From positions 1,399-65,398 of the forward strand of contig JADHXD010000005.1 of NCBI GenBank assembly GCA_016783145.1: DNA of 64,000 nucleotides, written 5' to 3'. Source of the DNA: Anaerolineae bacterium (GTDB lineage: Bacteria > Chloroflexota > Anaerolineae > JAFGEY01). A program made the translations under genes and the position numbers. Position 1 is the stretch's first letter. Every line of letters begins with the position of its first letter. Positions 35,067 through 44,528 of the stretch are shown here, one piece after another. The notes below the pieces were generated by a model. The model made no database searches and was not told where the DNA came from. It saw only the letters and a program-made list of their open reading frames with translations.

Positions 35067-35095
35067 ATTATAGCGCAAATCTACCGCATTGTCAA
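35067..35095 (-). promoter_or_regulatory. perfect consensus sigma70 promoter
   Basis: The minus strand reads TTGACA - 17 nt - TATAAT (forward tgtcaa at 35090-35095, attata at 35067-35072). Confidence 0.55.
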
Positions 35096-35177
35096 AGCGG
35101 TTCTGGCGAGCCGCGCCAAACTTACCCCAGGGGTTCCAAGCCCCGTGAGTGCGCAACCACGAGCCGGCGAACCCTTT

Positions 35178-35663
35178 TCAATGCTCTCCCTGGATGAGGC
35201 GCTGGTAACACCCGGCCCACAGCTCCGGCGAACGCGTATACTTGGCAACAGTGACGTCGGTGAATCGGGGAAACAGCGAGGCAAGGAGTCCGGGAACACG
35301 ATCCCACTGCCCTAGCAGCAGAGCAGTTTCCAGGCTGTATGCCGCTTCGTCCACCCACTCCCACTGACGACGAAACCGGTCGGCCTTCAGATAGTAGTCT
35401 CGCTTCTCCCATGCTGTCGCTGTCTGCTCGACGCCTTCCTGCATACGACGCAAGGAGAAAACGATCAATGCGGAGAGATCCTGGCTTTCCTCGTCAAAAC
35501 TGTGCTTGCTTGCCATACGACGAAGTGCTTCGGCAATTGTGCGACGAAGTTGGTGACGTTTCCTACCGACGCTCTCGGTGGCAATGACGCGAGTCACAAA
35601 ACATCCTCCCCTGTGACGCTCAGTCCAGGGGAGGAGTATATCACCGATCGATAGCCGTGTCAA
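35178..35663 (-). CDS. hypothetical protein
   Basis: 161-aa ORF, Trp-rich (ATAWEKRDYYLKADRFRRQWEWVDEAAY). Last gene of a three-gene minus-strand cluster. Start uncertain. Confidence 0.35.
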   Translation of the reverse strand: MTRLSIGDILLPWTERHRGGCFVTRVIATESVGRKRHQLRRTIAEALRRMASKHSFDEESQDLSALIVFSLRRMQEGVEQTATAWEKRDYYLKADRFRRQWEWVDEAAYSLETALLLGQWDRVPGLLASLFPRFTDVTVAKYTRSPELWAGCYQRLIQGEH

Positions 35664-35679
35664 AGTTTGTCGGGAAGAC

Positions 35680-36597
35680 CTATTCTCCCCTGTATTCTCG
35701 GATCGCGACCTGTCCGATGCCGACGGATGCCTTTAGCTCCACGCGATTCTCGGCATCGGCGTAGCCTGGAGAGACGTAGGCATCGCCCTGCCGGCTGTAG
35801 TCGCTGGGTATGTCCTCGGCGCCGATGCCGTGGCTGATCCAGGCACGCACGGCCATGCCCTCGGGCACCTCGACGATCACCTGTCCAATGCCACTCTCAA
35901 TGCTCACCTCCAACTGACCCACCCGCGGCAAGATCACGACGGTCTTGCCCACTCCTGGGTTCACATCCAGGCCCGTCAGGTTGAGCTGTGCCAGGTCCAG
36001 AGAGGCTGTCCCTGCCCCAACAGCGACCGAAAGCTGCATAGGCACGTCCCTGTTCAGGCCCAGGTTCCACGCCTTGTCCGCATCCCACCCACTGAGGACG
36101 GGGCCGAACTGCTCTCCCTTGGACTGCAGGGCAAAGCGTGCCGTGTGGTCTGCCACCTTGTACGCCTGCTCGATACGTTCTCCCGGCTGCAACTGCACAG
36201 TTCCTCTGATCAGATCGCGCGATTCCGAAAGGCCGTAGACGAACAGCCTGCCTGCGCCAAATCCGATCTCAATCTCTGCGCGCGTGGCATCTCCCACCGA
36301 CCTCTGGATCTCTTCTCCCGCTGTCGATGACCGAGGGGCCCAGACGTTGGGCAACCACAGGCCGCCTGCGAGCAGGGCCAATATCAGGAACAGTGCAAGT
36401 ACGGATCCCCACGCAGAGCGCCGACCGATCAGCAGGTCGAGGCCGGCGGCGATCAGGAAAATGGGCCAGAGTCGGACAAGATCCCACACACCGAATGACG
36501 TTACGCCCAGGTTGTTTAGCAGGAACACAATTCCCAAGACGATCAAGATCGCTGGTCCGAACAGACTACCCCTTCGTTTCTGACCTTCCACGTCCAT
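35680..36597 (-). CDS. membrane protein with LiaF-like N-terminal TM region and C-terminal beta-rich (toast-rack-like) domain
   Basis: N-terminal TM helices (GPAILIVLGIVFLLNNLG, WPIFLIAAGLDLLIG, LALFLILALLAGGLW). The beta-rich C-terminus has repeated G-x-G strands (VAVGAGTASLDL, VSIESGIGQVIVEVP, KASVGIGQVAI). Confidence 0.5.
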   Translation of the reverse strand: MDVEGQKRRGSLFGPAILIVLGIVFLLNNLGVTSFGVWDLVRLWPIFLIAAGLDLLIGRRSAWGSVLALFLILALLAGGLWLPNVWAPRSSTAGEEIQRSVGDATRAEIEIGFGAGRLFVYGLSESRDLIRGTVQLQPGERIEQAYKVADHTARFALQSKGEQFGPVLSGWDADKAWNLGLNRDVPMQLSVAVGAGTASLDLAQLNLTGLDVNPGVGKTVVILPRVGQLEVSIESGIGQVIVEVPEGMAVRAWISHGIGAEDIPSDYSRQGDAYVSPGYADAENRVELKASVGIGQVAIREYRGE

Positions 36598-36617
36598 CTC
36601 CTTTCAGGTTGAGTGAT

Positions 36618-37259
36618 CTACCATCGCCGCAAGACGCCAAAGGCGCGGAGGATCACATAGAGCCCGATCAAGATCAGGACGATGGGCCACAGATGTCTCA
36701 GGATTGGGGCAAAGGCCAGCAGCAGGCCCATCACCGAGAGCACCGTAGCCGGGATGAGCGCCCACCGGAGTTGTCCTTGTGGGGTCGGCACAAACGCGAG
36801 CGTGCCAAAGGTCAGCCCGAGTCCCAGGAAAAGGACCCCTCCGCTCTCTATGCCTGCGGAGAAAGAGGATAGTCCGGCAACAGCGGCGATGGTCATCAGG
36901 ACTCCACCCGGGATGACTGCCCACCAGCGCTCGTGATCGGTCAGATAAACCAACCAGAACGCTACGGATAATGCTCCCAGGAAGAGCGCGCCACCCCATC
37001 CCCCATCACCCATTGGGATGACCTGGTCCGCGAGCGCCGTCGCCGCCAGGCCGATGAGAGCGAACCCGGGAATGAGCGCCCACCACTGCTCGCGGTTGCT
37101 CAGGAAGGTGATCAGGAACGCCACGCCAGCCACGCCGAGAAGAAGAGACCACAAGAGGCCGACGAGGAATCTGAACATGCCAAAGCTCTGGAACAGCAGC
37201 AGGATCCCGCCGACGATCAGCAGGATGCCCCCCGGAATGCGCCAGTCGGACCTTTTCAT
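36618..37259 (-). CDS. polytopic membrane protein with four internal W-x-IPG repeats
   Basis: The repeats are SDWRIPGGILLIVGG, EQWWALIPGFALIGLA, ERWWAVIPGGVLMTIA and QLRWALIPATVLSVMG, each followed by hydrophobic helices. ATG is preceded by AAGGAGG. Confidence 0.55.
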   Translation of the reverse strand: MKRSDWRIPGGILLIVGGILLLFQSFGMFRFLVGLLWSLLLGVAGVAFLITFLSNREQWWALIPGFALIGLAATALADQVIPMGDGGWGGALFLGALSVAFWLVYLTDHERWWAVIPGGVLMTIAAVAGLSSFSAGIESGGVLFLGLGLTFGTLAFVPTPQGQLRWALIPATVLSVMGLLLAFAPILRHLWPIVLILIGLYVILRAFGVLRRW

Positions 37260-37536
37260 TTGAACCTCCTTTTCCTGTTGGAATATGCAATCCACTCTGC
37301 TCTACGTACGAGTGCTCTCTTTCGTTGCACATGGGCTCTTTGTCGCTCGGCGAAAGCTTACCACGCCAGGGGCAGGTCGTCAAGACTCCTCCAGAGCCGG
37401 TGTTCTCCTCAGATGGCTGGGTACAGTGGTGACATCTGGCACGTGGACTCGATCCCAGGCGACGTGCGAACCTTGTTGATCTCGTGCTGGCGGACACCCC
37501 GGGAAAGACCGAGAGGCCTGTGTCGCGGAAGAAGAG

Positions 37537-37565
37537 TTGACGGCGACCCGGACTTGGCGTATCAT
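37537..37565 (+). promoter_or_regulatory. sigma70-type promoter candidate
   Basis: TTGACG - 17 nt - TATCAT, about 100 nt upstream of the enolase-superfamily gene. Confidence 0.45.
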
Positions 37566-37669
37566 AGGGAGCATCGAGTCGTCCGCCAGGCTTGAGCGTG
37601 GCGAGAAGGAGAAGCCGCTTTGGAGTTCGTAGACGGGCAGGAAGCCCCAAAGGGCACCAGGAGGCAGGG

Positions 37670-38812
37670 ATGAGAATACGCGAGATCAGGGCTGTAGGCC
37701 TGCGTGGCGCAACGCCTGAAGGGGGGTGGAGCGATGAACTGCAGCGCGAGGACTGCGTGCACACGCTGATCGCCGTCCTCACAGACGAGGGCTTGATGGG
37801 GTTGGGCAGCGTGTTCACCAACGATGGCCTCGTTCACAGCGCGCTGGCTGTGTTGGAGCCGCTCTACCGAGGGGAGAATGCGCTGGAGCCAGAGCGTGTG
37901 AGCGAAAAGCTGCGCCAGCATACTTTCTGGCTGGGCAGGGGAGGTTCGATCACGCATACGATCAGCGGGATTGACATCGCGCTCTGGGACCTGTTGGGCA
38001 AGGCAACCGGACAGCCTGTGGGGCGTCTTCTCGGAGGGCGTTATCGGGACCGGGTCAAGCCGTATGCCTCCCTGTTGATGGATGCGCCCGATCCGCTGGT
38101 ACAGCACCTACTTGAAATGAAGGAGCGAGGGTTCCGGGCCTTCAAGATGGGCTGGGGGCCCTTCGGGCGGCAGAGCAACGCCCTGGACGAAGCGATTGTG
38201 CGGTCAGCCCGAGATGCCGTGGGCCCTGATGTGCTGCTGATGGTGGATGCTGGTGGGAGCGATGCCTTTTGGCGACAGGGCTACAAGTGGGCTTTGCGCA
38301 CTGCCCATATGCTGGCCGGCTATGATGTGATGTGGTTCGAGGAGCCCCTCAAGCCCGATGCGCTGGATGACTATGTTTTGCTTCGGCAGGCAGCGCCAGT
38401 GCCGATTGCGGGTGGGGAAGTATTGACTCGCCGTCAGTCTTTTCAGCCGTGGCTGCAGGCGGGCGCCTTTGACATCGTGCAGCCGGATGTTACCAAGGTA
38501 GGGGGGATCAGTGAGTCGCGCCGCATTGCCTGGATGGCACAGGAAAACGGAGTGCGCTTCATCCCCCACGGCTGGAACACGGCAGTGGGGTTGGCTGCTG
38601 ACCTGCAACTGGCCTCTGCTTTTCCCGATACAGACCTGGTCGAGTACATCACCGGGTCTCCCTATGTCGACGAGATCACCGCTGGTGGCTGGCGGCTGGA
38701 TGCAGAGGGAATGCTGCCGATTCCCGACAGGCCGGGATTGGGTCTGGATCTGGATATGGATGCCGTAAATCGGTACACCCGCGGAAAGCCCTGGCTGGAT
38801 CTGTCACAGTGA
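37670..38812 (+). CDS. mandelate racemase/muconate lactonizing enzyme family protein (enolase superfamily, sugar-acid dehydratase-like)
   Basis: MRIREIRAVGL..., FKMGWG, LMVDAGG, MWFEEPL, IAGGE, DIVQPDVTKVGGISE, IPHGW. The metal-ligand D/E/E and KxK-like pattern is present. AGGAGG lies upstream. Confidence 0.85.
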   Translation: MRIREIRAVGLRGATPEGGWSDELQREDCVHTLIAVLTDEGLMGLGSVFTNDGLVHSALAVLEPLYRGENALEPERVSEKLRQHTFWLGRGGSITHTISGIDIALWDLLGKATGQPVGRLLGGRYRDRVKPYASLLMDAPDPLVQHLLEMKERGFRAFKMGWGPFGRQSNALDEAIVRSARDAVGPDVLLMVDAGGSDAFWRQGYKWALRTAHMLAGYDVMWFEEPLKPDALDDYVLLRQAAPVPIAGGEVLTRRQSFQPWLQAGAFDIVQPDVTKVGGISESRRIAWMAQENGVRFIPHGWNTAVGLAADLQLASAFPDTDLVEYITGSPYVDEITAGGWRLDAEGMLPIPDRPGLGLDLDMDAVNRYTRGKPWLDLSQ

Positions 38813-38858
38813 CGGGAAAGCGTGGGCGAGGACACTGTACCAGACGAGGAGGCAAGCA

Positions 38859-40175
38859 ATGTCTCAAGACATCAGTGAAGGACTCATCGCTGCAGGCGTC
38901 GCCAGGGCCGATGTCACGCCGCCTGTGGGGATCAGATCCATTGGGTTTGCCGCCAGAGGGCCGCTGACGGCGCTGCACGACCCGTTGCATGCTACGGCCC
39001 TGGCGATATCGGATGGGAGCAGAAAGGCCGCCATGGTTGCCTGTGATCTGCTTGGCCTGGATGCCGACACCGTCGCCGAGATCAGGGCGGAGGTCCACCG
39101 TCGAACGGGGATCGCTCCCGAGCATCTCACCGTCGCGTGCACGCACACGCACTATGGTCCCGATCCGTACCGCGATCGATCCGCCCCCGATGTGGTGGCC
39201 TATCGCGCAAATCTGATCTATACGGTTGCCGGCGCAGTGGAGGAGGCCGTGTCCAGATTGCGGTCTGCTTACCTGGGTGTCGGTTGGGGAAAATCGGATA
39301 TCGGTGTTAATCGGAGGGAAAAGCTGCCTGACGGAAAGGTGATCCTGGGCCAGAACCCCGGGGGGCCGATCGATCGAGCGGTGGGTGTTTTGCGCGTGGA
39401 TGGGCTGGATGGTACGCCTATCGCCTGTGTGGTCAACTTTCAGACTCATCCCGTCTCACAGGCAAGCCGCACCGATCACATCTCTGCTGACTATCCGGGC
39501 AAGATGCGCGATATTGTGGAGAGCCTGACCGGGGCCAGGTGCCTGTTTCTCCAGGGCGCGTGCGGGGACATCAACGCCGTCAAGATGGAGCCGTGCTACG
39601 AGCCAGCCCGGACACTGGGGACCCGGCTGGGATGCGAGGTGGTCCGGATCTGGGAGACGGTGGTGGCAGAGCCCACACAGGGACTGGCAGTCGATTCTGC
39701 GCGGGTCAGCCTGCCCGGAATCCGGTATGGCTCGGAGGAGAGAGCCAGGGAACTGGTCCGATCGCTGGAGGCTGAGATCGAGACGCTCACAGTCCAGAAC
39801 GCCATCGATGGGCGGATCACGTGGGCAAAGATGCGGCTTCAGAAGGCCCAGAATGCGCTCGATAGCTGGGTGACCGGCAAGCCGCTCCCCCCAGTCGAGA
39901 CAGAGCTGCAAGCATGGCGCCTCGGTGACTTGGGGATCGCCACCGCTCCGGGGGAGATCTTTAACCAGATCGGCGTAGCGGTCAAGGAGCGCTCTCCGAC
40001 CAAGCACACCTTTTTCGTCGGGTACGCCAACGACTCGATCGGGTATGTTCCCGTCCCGGAGGCCTACCCTGATGGGGGGTACGAGGTGATCAGTGCGTGC
40101 CAGGTTGACCCTGAAGCCGCATCCATCCTTACCGAGGACTGTCTGCGCCTCCTCGAAGGGCTTGCCCCGCGGTGA
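38859..40175 (+). CDS. neutral/alkaline non-lysosomal ceramidase-like hydrolase
   Basis: The N-terminus AAGVARADVTPPVGIRSIGFAARGP...LHDPLHATALAISDG is characteristic of the family. The size fits. Confidence 0.6.
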   Translation: MSQDISEGLIAAGVARADVTPPVGIRSIGFAARGPLTALHDPLHATALAISDGSRKAAMVACDLLGLDADTVAEIRAEVHRRTGIAPEHLTVACTHTHYGPDPYRDRSAPDVVAYRANLIYTVAGAVEEAVSRLRSAYLGVGWGKSDIGVNRREKLPDGKVILGQNPGGPIDRAVGVLRVDGLDGTPIACVVNFQTHPVSQASRTDHISADYPGKMRDIVESLTGARCLFLQGACGDINAVKMEPCYEPARTLGTRLGCEVVRIWETVVAEPTQGLAVDSARVSLPGIRYGSEERARELVRSLEAEIETLTVQNAIDGRITWAKMRLQKAQNALDSWVTGKPLPPVETELQAWRLGDLGIATAPGEIFNQIGVAVKERSPTKHTFFVGYANDSIGYVPVPEAYPDGGYEVISACQVDPEAASILTEDCLRLLEGLAPR

Positions 40176-40720
40176 TCGAACTCGACGACCGCTACTTTGA
40201 GCGCTTTAGCGATACGGCAGTCGTAGAGCTGGTGCCCTATGATCCTGCCCTGGAAGTGCTGGCGCAACGCTACATGGCCAGGCTGCGCGACACGGTCGGA
40301 CCGGTGCCAGAGATCGAGCATCGCGGCGCGACGGCTCTGCACATGGTCGGCAAGGGAGAGATCGATCTGTACGTGCGCGTGAACGAGAGCGAGTTCGCCG
40401 AGGCCTTTGCGGCGCTGGAAGCCGTTCTCGGCCCGTCTGGCAGCCTGCAGCCTCATCGCGCGCGCTTTAACGACGCGTGTGATGGCATCGAGGTCGAGGT
40501 GATGCTCGTGGAAAAGGACCATCCCGAAGAGCGTGCCGGGCGGCGGTTCTTCCACTATCTGCAGACGCATCCCGAGGCTGTGGCAGCGTATGCAGAGGTC
40601 AAGCGCAGGTACGCGCCGGTCTCACGGCGAGAGTACTACCGACAGAAGCATCGCTTTGTGTGCTCGATCCTGGAACGTGCGCGGGAGGAGGGTCGGCTCG
40701 GATCTCCGAGCCGACCGTGA
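40172..40720 (+). CDS. GrpB family protein
   Basis: EHRGATALHMVGKGEIDLYV and the C-terminal YAEVKRRYA..SRREYYRQKHRF resemble GrpB. The GTG start overlaps the upstream TGA. Confidence 0.5.
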   Translation: MIELDDRYFERFSDTAVVELVPYDPALEVLAQRYMARLRDTVGPVPEIEHRGATALHMVGKGEIDLYVRVNESEFAEAFAALEAVLGPSGSLQPHRARFNDACDGIEVEVMLVEKDHPEERAGRRFFHYLQTHPEAVAAYAEVKRRYAPVSRREYYRQKHRFVCSILERAREEGRLGSPSRP

Positions 40721-40725
40721 CCGCG

Positions 40726-41301
40726 CTACAGCCCCGCGCTCTCCAGCCAGATGAGAAAGGCGGTCAACAGGATGGCGGCTGGAATGACGACGACCCACGC
40801 GTTGACCTTGAGCAACTGCGGAAGGGTGATCGTCCCAAAGTCGGCCTTGCTCAGCACGGGTTTTTGCAGCTTGGGGTAGACCGCGGCGAATATCCACGAG
40901 CCGATCAGTATTCCGACCAGCCCGCCAAACAACGCGTCCAGCGAGCCTTGTCCCACAGCACTGGTGACTGTGCCGGGGCAAAGCCCCAGGATGGCAAAGG
41001 CCGCGCCAAAGATCAGCCCACCCACTACCGAAGATCCCACAGATCCTGGCTTGGGGTGCAACTGCACAAGTCCCAGGCTCCTGAGCGCGTGAACGCCCAG
41101 CATGCCCACGACCACGGCAGAGAGCATGATCTTGAGCACGGTAAAGTCGGTCAGCAGCAGTTGGCCGATGATGACATCGTATTCTCCTACACCGCCTCTC
41201 TGCAAGAGAAAGCCAAATAGAATCCCTATGACCAGTCCAAGGAGCAACTGGACTTTGCGGTTTCCGTGAAGTGCCTTGAGCATCAGGCTCACCTCCCTCA
41301 C
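40726..41301 (-). CDS. YeeE/YedE family sulfur-compound transport protein (half-size)
   Basis: Polytopic, with FGFLLQRGGVG and ILGLCPGT motifs. Its start overlaps the stop of the upstream half (ATGA). Confidence 0.65.
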   Translation of the reverse strand: MREVSLMLKALHGNRKVQLLLGLVIGILFGFLLQRGGVGEYDVIIGQLLLTDFTVLKIMLSAVVVGMLGVHALRSLGLVQLHPKPGSVGSSVVGGLIFGAAFAILGLCPGTVTSAVGQGSLDALFGGLVGILIGSWIFAAVYPKLQKPVLSKADFGTITLPQLLKVNAWVVVIPAAILLTAFLIWLESAGL

Positions 41302-41825
41302 CCGGCGAAGACTTTGAAGATGAGCATTGCCGTGGCAATGCCGCCGACGAAAAAGCAGAGCGCTGCCAGCCAGCTACTGACGGCAAGCTGCAGCGTCCCG
41401 CTGATGCCATGTCCACTGGTACATCCCCCTGCCCATCGTGAGCCGATGCCCATCAGGACTCCGCCGACAAGGGCTACGGCCCACCGCGCAAGAGGCGTAT
41501 AGCCAAAGGTCTCCGCCCACAGGTTCGGCACCCAATCGAGGCGGAAACGGCCCGAGAGCTGGGCTGAGATGAACGCTCCGATCAGGACGCCCAGTACGAG
41601 CATCCACTGCCAGTCGATCGTCGGGATGAACTGCTGATAGTACGGCCTTTCCAGCACCTTGTTCCCACGAAACAACCGCTCGATCATGCCGCTGGTACGG
41701 GCAAAGGCGGTCGAGCATCCGATCGTCTTGTTGGATAGGAGAAAAGACAACCAGCTCAGAACGCCGATCCCGATACCGATGGTATAGGGAGACCACCGTT
41801 CCATACTTAGCCAATCCATGTTCAT
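41298..41825 (-). CDS. YeeE/YedE family sulfur-compound transport protein (half-size)
   Basis: SNKTIGCSTAF and GSRWAGGCTSGHGISG motifs. Start at MNMDWLSMERW; the long upstream ORF extension is Arg/Pro-rich junk. Confidence 0.65.
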   Translation of the reverse strand: MNMDWLSMERWSPYTIGIGIGVLSWLSFLLSNKTIGCSTAFARTSGMIERLFRGNKVLERPYYQQFIPTIDWQWMLVLGVLIGAFISAQLSGRFRLDWVPNLWAETFGYTPLARWAVALVGGVLMGIGSRWAGGCTSGHGISGTLQLAVSSWLAALCFFVGGIATAMLIFKVFAG

Positions 41826-42168
41826 TTCCTTCCCGTGCTCACAGAGTAGGTCTCGTCCGAGCTGTACCCGGTTGGACGGCTGGAGAGCGCTTCTGATAAC
41901 CCTTTTGTCAACGGGTGCCTGGTCACAAGCGTCCGAGCGAGGCAGCTCCCGCTCTTGTGCGGCCTGTTCTACGTGCCCTATGGCACATTGTACCATACTG
42001 CGATGGCGGGGTATACGACTTTGGTCTCTGCCGGTTCCCAGATCGCAGACATCCGAAGCCAGTATGACTCCGGATGTCCTGTTGTCTCGTGGATATGCGC
42101 GGTCCCGAAGGACGCGGCAGGCCTTCCCCGGTTTTCCTGGAGGATACGAGGCGCAAGGCCACGATCGT

Positions 42169-43347
42169 TTATGCGCCTGACTGCTGTTTCCTGTTGCTTC
42201 CCCGCCGGGCTCGCTGCGCTTCGCGTACCTCGTAGGGCACCGTGCGGTATTCCCGCAAGAAGTCGGTCTTGAACCGGGCGAACGTTCCATCCAGGATCGA
42301 GGTCCGGATCTCTGCCATCAGGCGTAGCACAAAGCGCAGGTTGTGCACGGTTGCCAGACGCAGCCCAAACACCTCGTTGGCCTTGATCAGGTGCCGCAGG
42401 TAGGCCCGCGAGAAGTGGCGGCACGTGTAGCAGTCGCATCCATCCTCGATGGGTGCCGAGTCCTGAGCGAATCCCGCGTTGCGGATGTTGATTCGTCCCT
42501 GGCACGTTAGCAGGCCACCATTCCGTGCGACACGGGTTGGGAGCACACAGTCAAACAGATCGATGCCGCGACTCACGCCCTCGAACAGGTCTTCAGGTGA
42601 GCCGACGCCCATCAAATAGCGCGGCTTGTCTGGTGGCAGCAAGGGTGTGACTATGTCGAGCACGGCGTGCATCTGCTCTTTGGGTTCTCCAACGCTCAGC
42701 CCACCGATGGCATAGCCGGGAAAGTCCAGACCAGTCAGAAAGCGCGCGCTCTCTGCACGCAGGTCTGGGAAGATGCCGCCTTGCACGATGCCGAACAACG
42801 CCTGATCGGAGCGGGTCTGGGACTGGCGGCATCGTTCTGCCCAGCGGTGGGTGCGCTCCATGGCTCGCTCGATGTATGCGCGGTCGTCTGGTGGCGCGCA
42901 TTCGTCAAAACACATCACGATGTCCGCGCCAAGGCTCTCCTGGATATCGATCACGCTCTCGGGCGTGAAGCGGTGCTGCGAGCCGTCGATGTGCGAACGA
43001 AAGGTCACGCCGTCCTCATCGATCTCTCGCAGACCCTCGAGGCTGAAGACCTGGAATCCGCCGCTGTCGGTGAGGATAGGATGAGGCCAGCTCATGAAAC
43101 GGTGCAGGCCGCCCAGCACGGCGATCGTGTCGGAACCGGGTCGCAGGTAGAGGTGGTACGTGTTCCCCAGGATCAGCGCTGCGCCCACTTCCTCCAGCTC
43201 GTGAGGGCTGACTGTCTTGACCGTGGCCTGCGTGCCCACAGGGGCAAAGGCCGGCATTGGGATGTCACCGTGCGGTGTAGAGAAAACTCCTGCCCGCGCG
43301 CGGCTGTGCGCGTCACGTTGGACCAGGCTGTAAGTGAATGAGCTCAT
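42169..43347 (-). CDS. tgt: queuine tRNA-ribosyltransferase (tRNA-guanine transglycosylase)
   Basis: [51 protein letters not shown], and the zinc site CDCYTC..H. Confidence 0.9.
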   Translation of the reverse strand: MSSFTYSLVQRDAHSRARAGVFSTPHGDIPMPAFAPVGTQATVKTVSPHELEEVGAALILGNTYHLYLRPGSDTIAVLGGLHRFMSWPHPILTDSGGFQVFSLEGLREIDEDGVTFRSHIDGSQHRFTPESVIDIQESLGADIVMCFDECAPPDDRAYIERAMERTHRWAERCRQSQTRSDQALFGIVQGGIFPDLRAESARFLTGLDFPGYAIGGLSVGEPKEQMHAVLDIVTPLLPPDKPRYLMGVGSPEDLFEGVSRGIDLFDCVLPTRVARNGGLLTCQGRINIRNAGFAQDSAPIEDGCDCYTCRHFSRAYLRHLIKANEVFGLRLATVHNLRFVLRLMAEIRTSILDGTFARFKTDFLREYRTVPYEVREAQRARRGSNRKQQSGA

Positions 43348-43354
43348 CAGCAGG

Positions 43355-44473
43355 CTAGAAGCGCCAGACGGAGCCTATCGATCCCGCATCGACCAGCGCT
43401 TCATCCCGCACAAAAACCACCTCAATGTCCGCCAAGATGGCCCGATGGACCAAGTAGTCGACGATGTCCTGCATTCTGCGGGCTGAACCTCCGCACACCG
43501 GGCATGCGTCAACTTCGGAGAGGGTGAGGTAGTTGCAGTGCGTGCAGACGTGTCCCGGTGCGCGAAACCCTTCCTGGATCACCAGGGTCTGCACCCGCTG
43601 TTCCTGGATGGCCATCAGCGTGTCGGCCAGGCCTACCGATCCACTTCCCTGGTGCGAACCAGCGATCACAGTCTGGACCAGGGCGGCCTTGCGCTCCGCT
43701 ACCGAGCGCTGGATGATGTGCATGGATCGATCCAGGACATCCGTCGCGGACGCGTACATGTCGATCGAAAAGTCGCCAATGACCTTGCTTTGTAGCATCT
43801 TGGGCAGCATAGACATAAAGTGAGAGCGGTTCTCGTCGGTGCCGCCGAGGATGATCCGCTCGCACTGCCCGGCACTGTAGAAGCGCTGGGTCAGCTCGAC
43901 GATGTCGCGCAGATTGCGCATCGCCACCTGCTCAAGCCGGTTCTCCAGGCGAGAGGATCGGCCCTGACCAGAGCCACGCCCCGATCGTCCCCCGCGACCG
44001 GCGGCATCGTGGGTGTGCTCTTTGAGTTCCTCGCCCAACATCCCGGCGGCATCCTGCAGCGCGCCTTGGTTGAAGAGAAACAGGCGAGCGCCCTCGCGAT
44101 CGACCAGGACCACGCCGTAGCGGTCGTAGGCATCAGAGTAGTCGGCCAATGGTTTGATATAGGGTCGAGATGATACGTGGACATAGTCGCCCATGGGAAA
44201 AGCGAGCGGGTAGGCACGCCAGAACTCGCCCGCGCTATAGATGGCGATTCCCTTTCCCTGTCTGTCGTACTCAAAGCCGATGTACCTTTCGACCGCCTCG
44301 ATGTCTGCGGGTACTGCTCTGTCAGCGACCGACTTGAGCATGCCTCTCAGAGTGAGGCGGTACTGCTCGGCTGTGATCTGCGTAGAGTCCACGTTGAGGT
44401 ACACACTCAGGACTGGCGATGCTTCGCTCCGATACTCGGCGAGCTCTTTCAACTCCTGCTTGCTGAACATCAC
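43355..44473 (-). CDS. bacterial eRF1/Pelota/Vms1-like (baeRF1-type) protein with Zn-ribbon
   Basis: Three-part layout. A Gly-rich loop [23 protein letters not shown] sits where eRF1 has [16 protein letters not shown] follows. The C-terminal domain carries CTHC...CPVCGG. Confidence 0.55.
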   Translation of the reverse strand: MMFSKQELKELAEYRSEASPVLSVYLNVDSTQITAEQYRLTLRGMLKSVADRAVPADIEAVERYIGFEYDRQGKGIAIYSAGEFWRAYPLAFPMGDYVHVSSRPYIKPLADYSDAYDRYGVVLVDREGARLFLFNQGALQDAAGMLGEELKEHTHDAAGRGGRSGRGSGQGRSSRLENRLEQVAMRNLRDIVELTQRFYSAGQCERIILGGTDENRSHFMSMLPKMLQSKVIGDFSIDMYASATDVLDRSMHIIQRSVAERKAALVQTVIAGSHQGSGSVGLADTLMAIQEQRVQTLVIQEGFRAPGHVCTHCNYLTLSEVDACPVCGGSARRMQDIVDYLVHRAILADIEVVFVRDEALVDAGSIGSVWRF

Positions 44474-44504
44474 AACCTCCTTCCAGGGAAAGCATAAGGG
44501 CTAA

Positions 44505-44528
44505 CACGCGCTCACCATTGAGCGCGTG
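44505..44528 (-). terminator. perfect 10-bp hairpin between htrA and the eRF1-like gene
   Basis: CACGCGCTCA - 4 nt - TGAGCGCGTG. On the minus strand it is followed by UUAGCCCUUAUGCUUU (weak U-tract). It lies 32 nt upstream of the next ATG, so it could also be an attenuator or processing site. Confidence 0.35.

Noticed and set aside
34605-35095. Leader as a known riboswitch (cobalamin, THF, NiCo, Moco) or a housekeeping RNA (RNase P, tmRNA, SRP, 6S)
   Set aside because: I could not find the B12 box/GCCACUG, the AGGGAA core, the repeated ACAG of NiCo, the GAGGAAAGUCC of RNase P or a tRNA-like 3' end. This was only a by-eye comparison, so a covariance-model search is still needed.
34825-35156. 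72-aa and 94-aa minus-strand ORFs inside the acs leader
   Set aside because: Their composition is Arg-rich and non-protein-like. The 94-aa ORF begins upstream of the predicted promoter. There is no SD in front of either.
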